From Bacteroidales bacterium (GTDB lineage Bacteria > Bacteroidota > Bacteroidia > Bacteroidales > UBA1715), in NCBI GenBank assembly GCA_017552705.1, contig JAFZOY010000116.1, positions 24,310-88,309 of the forward strand: DNA of 64,000 nucleotides, given 5' to 3'. The translations under genes and the position numbers were made by a program. This document shows, one piece after another, positions 55,231 to 62,506 of this stretch. Below the pieces are notes generated by a model that saw only the letters and a program-made list of their open reading frames with translations, made no database searches and had not been told where the DNA came from. The stretch's first letter is position 1; each line of letters starts with the position of its first letter.

Positions 55231-58200
55231 AACTGCTCACCGAAATGGGATTAAAGAATCTCGAGTATCTCGGTCAGGGCAGTGAAGGCATAGTCTTTCA
55301 CGATGACGTCTCTGTTTACAAAGTACTTTCCCAACAGAAACGGGACAAAGTCGAAATTTATAGACGTCTATCTTTTTTCTTCAACATATCGTCATCTGGT
55401 TATTTTTACAAGCTTGATGACTTGATTGAATATGGCGACTTCTTCATCGAAAAATACAAGTATGAGCCGAGTACTCCCTGCGATAACATTTCAGAGAAGG
55501 AAGCCATTGAATTTTTGACAGAATGCTGGCAAAATCATTTTGTAATAAAAGATTGTAAAATAAAAAATTTTGTCAGAACGGGCCATCATATAAAACTCAT
55601 TGATATGGATGCATGCAGTTATAACGATAACTTATTCTTAAACATGTGCATTCGCATGTATCTTTTTATCAATTATAAAAACACAATGGATTCAGCTTCT
55701 TTTCAGAGGCTCAAACGAAGCGCCATAAACAATTTTGACTTACCTGAATTAAAAGGTGCAAAGAAATTCATCAATAAAGTTTTCGCCCATATCATCCATC
55801 AAGAATCTCTCTCTGAGATTTCAAAATTCAAAGTACCAGAAGACTTTAGCGGCGATTTATACACTTGCAACACCCTTCCAAATTTGGACAAGTTATTATT
55901 CCATAAAATCAAATGCGGCAGGTTCATAGAAGACATCATCATATCCGACTTAACTTTGAACGACAAACTATATTTTGAACCCCAAAAAATCGGATTAATC
56001 TACCGGGAACTCCTCCCGCTAAAAGATAAGGTCTCATTGCTCATAAAAACCTGTCCGCAAGACATTCCGACCATAGAAGCAAATATAAAGCACATCGTAA
56101 GGCAACTTTCCTCACCGAATCCGTTCTATGAGGTTGTTGTCTCTATTGACACCAAAGAGGCGAATTTTCTGAGGGAATACAATTCTACGGGCAATCTGAC
56201 AAAACTCGTTGAAATCGTACAGAAGCTTGTTGATGACAAGGTCATCGACAGATTTATCGTGTTTGACGCAACAAAAACCGAAGAAATAAATGAGAGATGG
56301 TTCGGCTTAAAATCCAATCAGGCACACACAACAAAAAACATTCCTGTCAGTTCGCAACTTTCCGCCTTTGAACAATGCCAAGGCGATTATGTTCTGCAAT
56401 GCGATTGCGATGTCCTTATCGGCCGAAAGGACTTTACTCATTCCTTCTTAGAAGACATGCTCTCAGAATTGAAACAAAACGAAAAAGTTCTTTTCGTCGG
56501 TTTCAATATATACAATCAGGAGTCTAAGCCCTATTTCGGATTCGAAAATGGTGGTTTCGTTCCCGAAGTGAGATTTGGCCTATTCAAAAAAGAACGCCTG
56601 TTCGCTTTGAGGCCATTCCCCAACAGTGTTGATAAAGAAGGGCGCCTGGAATTGTCTTGGTACCGTTCCATAGAGCAGTTCCAAAAACAATCGGGATACT
56701 GTTCTATTCGCGGTGGTGACAACCGTAGTTTCTATATACACCCCCAGAATTATCGCAAGACAGAGCCATATGCGTGGATGACTATTCTCGACAGAGTCGA
56801 ACAGCTGCAAATTCCTGATATTCAGTATGGTGGTTTTGATTGCGAAGGCTCTTTCTACGATTGGACTGCTCCAAGAAGAGCCGAAAAAATGATTGTTGTT
56901 TCTTGCTTTAGAAATATGCCCATTGATCGTTTTTTACGATTCTGGTGTTCGCTTATGAGTCAAGACTTTCAAGATTTTGGGATAATTTTATGCGACAACG
57001 GTTCTGACAATGGAACGCCTTTCTTGATAGAGCGGCTCATTCAGCCCTACAAAGATCGCATCACTTTCATTCGTTCTAGAGTTGTTCTGCCGAAAATACA
57101 GTTGGTATACCAAGCCATACACTATTTCTGCAATAACCAGCAAAGTGTCATTGCCATGATCGATGGGGATGATGCACTAATAGGGAAAAACACATTCAGT
57201 GACATCTATAGTAAATACGACACATGGTACATTGATGCATCTGTTGGCAGAGTTTACCAGACATGCCACCTACAACCACATTACCAATATCCTGCAAACT
57301 TCATTAATCCCCGAGGTACTGATGGAGGTAATGTATGGCAACCGTTGAGAACATTCCGAAAATATCTCTTTGATTCTATTCCATTAACTCACTTCAAATA
57401 CAGATCTTTTAACAAGATAAAACTCAATAGGAATCCTTGGCTTGAAGAATATGACGACTGCGCCATGATGATTCCAATTATAGAGATGAGCAAATCTCCT
57501 TTGCAAATGGACACCATCAACTATTTTGACGAATTCCATAATGAAGGTTTCATTTCGAATACCTCGTGTATTTCCGAAATATTGAGCAAACCTAGACTCA
57601 ATCCAAATAACGTTTTCATTGGCCGTCAATCATTCAGACCCGATTTTGAGCGGATAGAAATAGATCTTACCTATGACTGCAACCTGAAATGTCTAGGATG
57701 TAATCGATCCTGCGGACAAATGCCGTCAAAAGAACAATTGCAATTGCAGGATATCAGGGATTTTATAAATGATAGCGTTAAATTAGGCAAGAAGTGGAAA
57801 CATATCAATGTCCTTGGCGGGGAACCCACCTTACATCCGAATTTTGAAGAAATCATGGTGTTACTGCAACAATATATTGATGAACATTCCCCTAATACAA
57901 CCATACAGGTCGTCTCCAATGGTATCGCAAAGAAATCAAGAGAACTATGCGAGAAGATAAAAGCAGAATGCAAAAATGTAAGCATTGACTATGATTCTTA
58001 CAAAAACAACAACAAAATTGAATTTTTTTCTTCTTTCAATGACGCTCCCATTGACGACGAGAACTTTAAAAATGCAGATTACACAAAATCCTGCTGGGTA
58101 ACGAGCTATTGTGGCATCGGTTTGACAAGCCGAGGATATTATGCTTGCGCGGTATGCGGAGGCATTGACCGCGTACTTGATGAACACAATGGTGCAAAAA

Positions 58201-58379
58201 TTTTCTCGGAATTAACCGAAGAAAAATTAAGGGAACACTACAACAAATTTTGCAGACTTTGCGGAAATTACAAAGCCTATGCGCAGAATTTTGGAAATTT
58301 CATCCTTCGTTGTGAAAAGGAACCATTCAAAAACATCATTTCCAAATCATGGGGAAAACTATACGACAATCTATCCTGA
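55197..58379 (+). CDS. Four-domain fusion: protein-kinase-like - GT-A - GT-A - radical SAM with Cys-rich C-terminus (1060 aa)
   Basis: Kinase-like: GQGSEGIVF, VYKV, IKDCKIKNF, LIDMD. GT-A: DYVLQCDCDVLIG. GT-A: IILCDNGSDN, AMIDGDDALIG. Radical SAM: DLTYDCNLKCLGCN (TGC at 57678), VLGGEPTLHP. C-terminus: CWVTSYCG..YYACAVCGG..FCRLCGNY. Overlaps the upstream gene by 34 nt. Confidence 0.75.
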   Translation: MQNEKRKQKAIELLTEMGLKNLEYLGQGSEGIVFHDDVSVYKVLSQQKRDKVEIYRRLSFFFNISSSGYFYKLDDLIEYGDFFIEKYKYEPSTPCDNISEKEAIEFLTECWQNHFVIKDCKIKNFVRTGHHIKLIDMDACSYNDNLFLNMCIRMYLFINYKNTMDSASFQRLKRSAINNFDLPELKGAKKFINKVFAHIIHQESLSEISKFKVPEDFSGDLYTCNTLPNLDKLLFHKIKCGRFIEDIIISDLTLNDKLYFEPQKIGLIYRELLPLKDKVSLLIKTCPQDIPTIEANIKHIVRQLSSPNPFYEVVVSIDTKEANFLREYNSTGNLTKLVEIVQKLVDDKVIDRFIVFDATKTEEINERWFGLKSNQAHTTKNIPVSSQLSAFEQCQGDYVLQCDCDVLIGRKDFTHSFLEDMLSELKQNEKVLFVGFNIYNQESKPYFGFENGGFVPEVRFGLFKKERLFALRPFPNSVDKEGRLELSWYRSIEQFQKQSGYCSIRGGDNRSFYIHPQNYRKTEPYAWMTILDRVEQLQIPDIQYGGFDCEGSFYDWTAPRRAEKMIVVSCFRNMPIDRFLRFWCSLMSQDFQDFGIILCDNGSDNGTPFLIERLIQPYKDRITFIRSRVVLPKIQLVYQAIHYFCNNQQSVIAMIDGDDALIGKNTFSDIYSKYDTWYIDASVGRVYQTCHLQPHYQYPANFINPRGTDGGNVWQPLRTFRKYLFDSIPLTHFKYRSFNKIKLNRNPWLEEYDDCAMMIPIIEMSKSPLQMDTINYFDEFHNEGFISNTSCISEILSKPRLNPNNVFIGRQSFRPDFERIEIDLTYDCNLKCLGCNRSCGQMPSKEQLQLQDIRDFINDSVKLGKKWKHINVLGGEPTLHPNFEEIMVLLQQYIDEHSPNTTIQVVSNGIAKKSRELCEKIKAECKNVSIDYDSYKNNNKIEFFSSFNDAPIDDENFKNADYTKSCWVTSYCGIGLTSRGYYACAVCGGIDRVLDEHNGAKIFSELTEEKLREHYNKFCRLCGNYKAYAQNFGNFILRCEKEPFKNIISKSWGKLYDNLS

Positions 58380-59287
58380 TTACAGGTGTTTCTGGTTTTA
58401 TCGGCAGAAGTCTTGTTGAAGAAATTGTTAATCGGGATTTTTCATGGACAATCTACGGCATTGACATAAAAGAACCTGTTTTAAATGATTCCAAATATCG
58501 CAAATACATTGATTTTAGTATAGTTGATATTCGCGACGAAAATGCAGTTGAAACGTATTTTCTTGAACATCAATTTGACGGTGTTATACATCTTGCCGCC
58601 ATCAGTAGAGTTGTTGATGCAGAAAATAACAAAAAAAATTGTATTGCTACAAATTACTGGGGTACGAAATATATTGTGGAAAATGTAGCAAAACAACAAA
58701 ATACCTGGTTTATATTCGGTAGTAGTCGTGAAGTATATGGTGAACAAAAGGTGCTTCCCGTCAAAGAATCTGCAAATAAGAATCCCATTAACATCTATGG
58801 AGAATGCAAGTTAAAAGGTGAATTATTGGTCAAAGAGTTAATAAAAAAATACGTTATACTTAGATTCTCAAATGTGTATGGCAACAACTACGATATTGAT
58901 GGCCGCGTAATACCAACTTTCGTCAAGAGGGCTTTGGCAGGAGAAACGCTATATCTTGAGGGAGGTCAGCAAGTGATTGATTTTACGTATATTCAAGATA
59001 CTGTTGATTGCATAATAAGAATTGCAGAATTGTTACAAAATGGAACTATTCATTCGGATGAATTACATATTAGTCCTGGCAATGAAAACAAAATTACTGA
59101 CATTATCTCTTACTTGGAGAAACTTCTAAATAAGAATATTAATATTGAGATTCGAGAAAAACGAAACTATGATGTGGTACGATTTATAGGTGACACATCG
59201 CATAGATTAGATATTTTGGATGTGTCAGAATTTAAATGTTTATCGAAAGGCCTCGAGTTATATTTACAATCTTTCCCATTGTCATAA
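58349..59287 (+). CDS. NAD-dependent sugar epimerase/dehydratase (SDR)
   Basis: ILITGVSGFIGRSLV, GSSREVYGE, YGECKLKGE (YxxxK). Overlaps the upstream gene by 31 nt. Confidence 0.85.
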   Translation: MGKTIRQSILITGVSGFIGRSLVEEIVNRDFSWTIYGIDIKEPVLNDSKYRKYIDFSIVDIRDENAVETYFLEHQFDGVIHLAAISRVVDAENNKKNCIATNYWGTKYIVENVAKQQNTWFIFGSSREVYGEQKVLPVKESANKNPINIYGECKLKGELLVKELIKKYVILRFSNVYGNNYDIDGRVIPTFVKRALAGETLYLEGGQQVIDFTYIQDTVDCIIRIAELLQNGTIHSDELHISPGNENKITDIISYLEKLLNKNINIEIREKRNYDVVRFIGDTSHRLDILDVSEFKCLSKGLELYLQSFPLS

Positions 59288-59376
59288 CTATTCGTTTAGA
59301 ACTTTCCCGTTGATAAACATTCTGTGTTTTTGTAAAAAACCTAAATTTGATTAAGTACGCTAAATGCAAGTATAAA

Positions 59377-59407
59377 AAAGAGCAGCCTCATGAAGAGACT
59401 GCTCTTT
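59377..59407 (-). terminator. Hairpin terminator between convergent units (better T-run in minus sense)
   Basis: AAAGAGCAG (59377-85) / CTGCTCTTT (59399-407), 13-nt loop. In minus sense it is followed by TTTTTTAT. Confidence 0.6.
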
Positions 59408-59423
59408 GCAATAACAATCTAAC

Positions 59424-59513
59424 CTATTTCTTTGGTGGATTGTTTCCACGTCCTCTACCTGATGGATTCCCCGTCGTAGCTGGACCATTTACAGGTCTTG
59501 GATTTTTTGCCAT
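59424..59513 (-). CDS. Candidate 29-codon micro-ORF (MAKNPRPVNGPATTGNPSGRGRGNNPPKK)
   Basis: ATG 59513 is preceded by AAGGAGGTGG with an 8-nt spacer after GGAGG. Lies between the HNH gene stop (59552) and the terminator hairpin. Below the ORF-track size cutoff. Confidence 0.3.
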   Translation of the reverse strand: MAKNPRPVNGPATTGNPSGRGRGNNPPKK

Positions 59514-59551
59514 AAATACCACCTCCTTTTTATTTCAAAAATGGTGCAACA

Positions 59552-59881
59552 TTATAGATTCCTATTCCACGATTGTTTTTTCTCAATATTACAATCGTTA
59601 CCGTCTTTGTTTATTCCAGAAGAAATAATTGTATTATATTGGGGATAATTGTCACCCTTTTCCAAGTTATTTCTCCAATGAAGGGGTTGTAAATTTTCAA
59701 GAGAGTCATCACCTCCTTGTGATATGGGAATTATATGATCAATAGTCCAACCAAAATCAGTTTGTTTCCCATAATCATCCCATTTAATCCACGCTCCAGC
59801 AAGATCTTGTCGCCAAATTGCAGGGTTAAAACGTTTTATTTTCGCTTGTTCCCAAATCAGTTTCTTTTTATTTTCTGTCAT
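59552..59881 (-). CDS. Small HNH endonuclease
   Basis: GWTIDHIIPISQGGDDSLENLQPLHWRNNLEKGD (H-N-H motif). Own TATTTTTG box at 59911-59918. Confidence 0.8.
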   Translation of the reverse strand: MTENKKKLIWEQAKIKRFNPAIWRQDLAGAWIKWDDYGKQTDFGWTIDHIIPISQGGDDSLENLQPLHWRNNLEKGDNYPQYNTIISSGINKDGNDCNIEKKQSWNRNL

Positions 59882-59961
59882 TTGTTTAAAATTTTAATTT
59901 TTAATAATGACAAAAATAGAAGTACTTTTTGAGTTGTAATAATAAAAAGGGGGTACTTGTA

Positions 59962-60939
59962 TTATTGTGTAAGCCAATGTATTGGGATAATATATTGCCC
60001 TTGCTTTTCCAAATCAATTTTTCTTATGGCAAAATATTGTTGTGTTGTTGACAATGTGAGAATAATAGGATTAATTTTTTCAAAGATAATCTTCTTTACT
60101 TTTTTTATTATAATCTTTTTTTCTCGCCATTCATGTAACTTTTTCCGTGCATTTTCTATTTTAGGGGAATCATTCTCTATTACCAGTTTATATTGTTTTA
60201 GAACTTCTTCACAGAATGATTCGGTTTCAAACCAACTATCATAAAATATACGTTTATAATATAATACACCATAGATCGCTCTGATTTTCGGCTCAAGTTT
60301 TATTAGAATTTTTTCATATTCGTAATCCACATTTTTTAATTTGACACAAAAATCATTATTTTTAAAAGTTGTTTGAATCTTCAGTGGCTCTGTTAATTTA
60401 GGATTGTAATCAAGAAACTGTAGTGTAGAACTGCCAAAAGAAAGAAACTTTTCGCCTATGTCGTTTAAAATTACACCAGCATTATATTTTTCTGCACTAT
60501 CATCACCTTTTTTGCTGCCAAATAGAACAAGTAGAGGAGCTTTGAGACTAGGATCGGAAATTTCTACACGTTTCAATGTAGTTTTTCCTGTCAAAAAGTC
60601 AATATAAAATTCATCTGGGTATTCTTCAAACAATTTGCTCACGTGTTTATGCTTTCGAACATTCATTTTATATTCACTTTTAAAAAATAAAGTATAGATG
60701 AACATAAATTGCAATATATCAATCGCTTTTTGCTCTTTAGGACAGGGTATAAATGTTTTGCTACCAAACGAAAATAGCACTGTCAAAAATTGCATCGCAT
60801 ATGTTTTCAATTCGGGAGTTAAGTATTTTATATCAACAACATTATCCCCAACATCAATGCGTAATACATCTATGCTTTCTGGATTTTTTAATTTAAATTT
60901 AGCCATTTTAGTTTTTTTCTCATCTATGTCAATTATCAT
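59962..60939 (-). CDS. Hypothetical protein, 325 aa, no recognisable motif, extremely AT-rich
   Basis: Long ORF with ATG 60939 (alternative MAKFKLK at 60906). Lys/Ile/Phe/Tyr-rich. No Walker or nuclease motif seen. Confidence 0.5.
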   Translation of the reverse strand: MIIDIDEKKTKMAKFKLKNPESIDVLRIDVGDNVVDIKYLTPELKTYAMQFLTVLFSFGSKTFIPCPKEQKAIDILQFMFIYTLFFKSEYKMNVRKHKHVSKLFEEYPDEFYIDFLTGKTTLKRVEISDPSLKAPLLVLFGSKKGDDSAEKYNAGVILNDIGEKFLSFGSSTLQFLDYNPKLTEPLKIQTTFKNNDFCVKLKNVDYEYEKILIKLEPKIRAIYGVLYYKRIFYDSWFETESFCEEVLKQYKLVIENDSPKIENARKKLHEWREKKIIIKKVKKIIFEKINPIILTLSTTQQYFAIRKIDLEKQGQYIIPIHWLTQ

Positions 60940-61025
60940 ACCATTCTATTCTTCAAATTCTACAAGAAGTTATTGCATAATCCTACCTGATTATTGATTT
61001 TTCCTCTTAAATGATTGGGAAAGAT

Positions 61026-61107
61026 ACCGTCATTTCATTACGAGATTCCTAAAATTTTACCGTCATTTCATTACAAAATCTGTTGATTTTTGCCGTCATT
61101 TTATTAC
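61026..61107. repeat. Three 33-bp-phased direct repeats (core [A/G]CCGTCATTT[C/T]ATTAC)
   Basis: Cores at 61026-61041, 61059-61074 and 61092-61107. The third overlaps the -7 box TACATTTG at 61105-61112. Confidence 0.9.
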
Positions 61108-61137
61108 ATTTGCATTGATTATTAAAATTTTACGACA

Positions 61138-62487
61138 ATGAAAGGTAAAATACATCGTCAAGCGTTTGAGTTTCTTCAAGAATGGAGAAACAGCGACAGC
61201 AGAAAACCTTTGATATTAAGAGGTGCACGGCAAGTGGGGAAAACCACACTTGTTAAGCACTTTGCCGAAACTTACGCTGTGTTTATACATCTGAATCTTG
61301 AAAAAAGGGAAGACCGCAATTTGTTTGAAATGACTGACAATGTGAATCAACTCATTGCGAACATTTTCGTCCGTGAAGGCGTAAGGCAAGATGCAAAGAA
61401 TGTTTTGCTTTTCATTGATGAAATACAAAATTCCAAACCAGCAGTAGCAATGTTGCGGTATTTTTACGAGGAAAGGTATGATCTTCACGTAATTGCCGCT
61501 GGTTCGTTGCTCGAAACGGTTATGGATGTAAGACGGATCTCGTTCCCGGTGGGAAGGGTGCAGTTTATGTCGCTCAAGCCGTGTTCATTCGTTGAATTTC
61601 TCGATGGAATGGATTTAGTTCAGGAAAAGGAGTTTGTCGAACAAGTTGATGTCCCATGGGTTATACACGAACGTGTGATGCGACATTTTAGGGAATATAC
61701 CATTGTTGGAGGTATGCCCGATGCGGTGACACAATATGCTGCTACACATGACCATCAGGCAATAAGCACTGTTTATGAAAGTTTGTTGCAAACATATAAG
61801 GACGATGTGGAAAAGTACTCGTCGAGTGCGACAATTATACGTACCATCCGTTCTATATTGAATGTGGGTTGGAATAGTGCCGCAGAAATAATTTCGTTTG
61901 AAGGATTTGGTGAGACGGCATATCGCTCCCGAGAAATGAGCGAGGCGTTCCAAATCATATCAAAGGCAATGCTTTTGGAACTTGTGTATCCTACATCCGA
62001 AACTCGTCTGCCAATTGCACCAAATTATCGCCGTCGTCCTAAGCTGTTGTGGCTCGATACAGGACTTGTCAATTATGCCGCTGGCGTTCAAAAAGATGTT
62101 TTTCTTGCTGATGACATACAGGATATTTGGCGAGGAAGAATAGCGGAACACGTTGTTGGACAAGAACTTATAGCAAACAGGACAGAGGTTTCGGCACATC
62201 GTTCATTTTGGCATCGCGACAAACAAGGAGCTTCGGCTGAAGTAGATTTTATTTATCCATATCAGGGGTTGCTTGTGCCTGTTGAGGTCAAATCGGGACA
62301 TAATGCTCATTTAAAATCGTTACATCTTTTTATGAACGAAGCACCTCATAACATTGCAGTTAGAGTTTGGTCGAAGCCGTTTTCCCGTGATGAGGTAAAG
62401 ACTTCGCACGGAAAAACTTTCAAGTTGCTCAACGTGCCATTTTATTATGTAGGTCAACTTGAAAAAATATTGCAAAAGGAAATATAG
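61138..62487 (+). CDS. AAA+ ATPase of the AAA_14/DUF4143 type with C-terminal PD-(D/E)xK-like motif
   Basis: Walker A GARQVGKTT, LLFIDEIQ, C-terminal AEVDFIYPYQGLLVPVEVKSG. Confidence 0.8.
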   Translation: MKGKIHRQAFEFLQEWRNSDSRKPLILRGARQVGKTTLVKHFAETYAVFIHLNLEKREDRNLFEMTDNVNQLIANIFVREGVRQDAKNVLLFIDEIQNSKPAVAMLRYFYEERYDLHVIAAGSLLETVMDVRRISFPVGRVQFMSLKPCSFVEFLDGMDLVQEKEFVEQVDVPWVIHERVMRHFREYTIVGGMPDAVTQYAATHDHQAISTVYESLLQTYKDDVEKYSSSATIIRTIRSILNVGWNSAAEIISFEGFGETAYRSREMSEAFQIISKAMLLELVYPTSETRLPIAPNYRRRPKLLWLDTGLVNYAAGVQKDVFLADDIQDIWRGRIAEHVVGQELIANRTEVSAHRSFWHRDKQGASAEVDFIYPYQGLLVPVEVKSGHNAHLKSLHLFMNEAPHNIAVRVWSKPFSRDEVKTSHGKTFKLLNVPFYYVGQLEKILQKEI

Positions 62488-62506
62488 CCTTGTGTATCCT
62501 ATAGAT

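Noticed and set aside
59347-59628. 93-aa plus-strand ORF in the intergenic region after the epimerase gene
   Set aside because: It spans the terminator hairpin and runs antisense into the HNH gene. It has a hydrophobic low-complexity translation and a non-ATG start.
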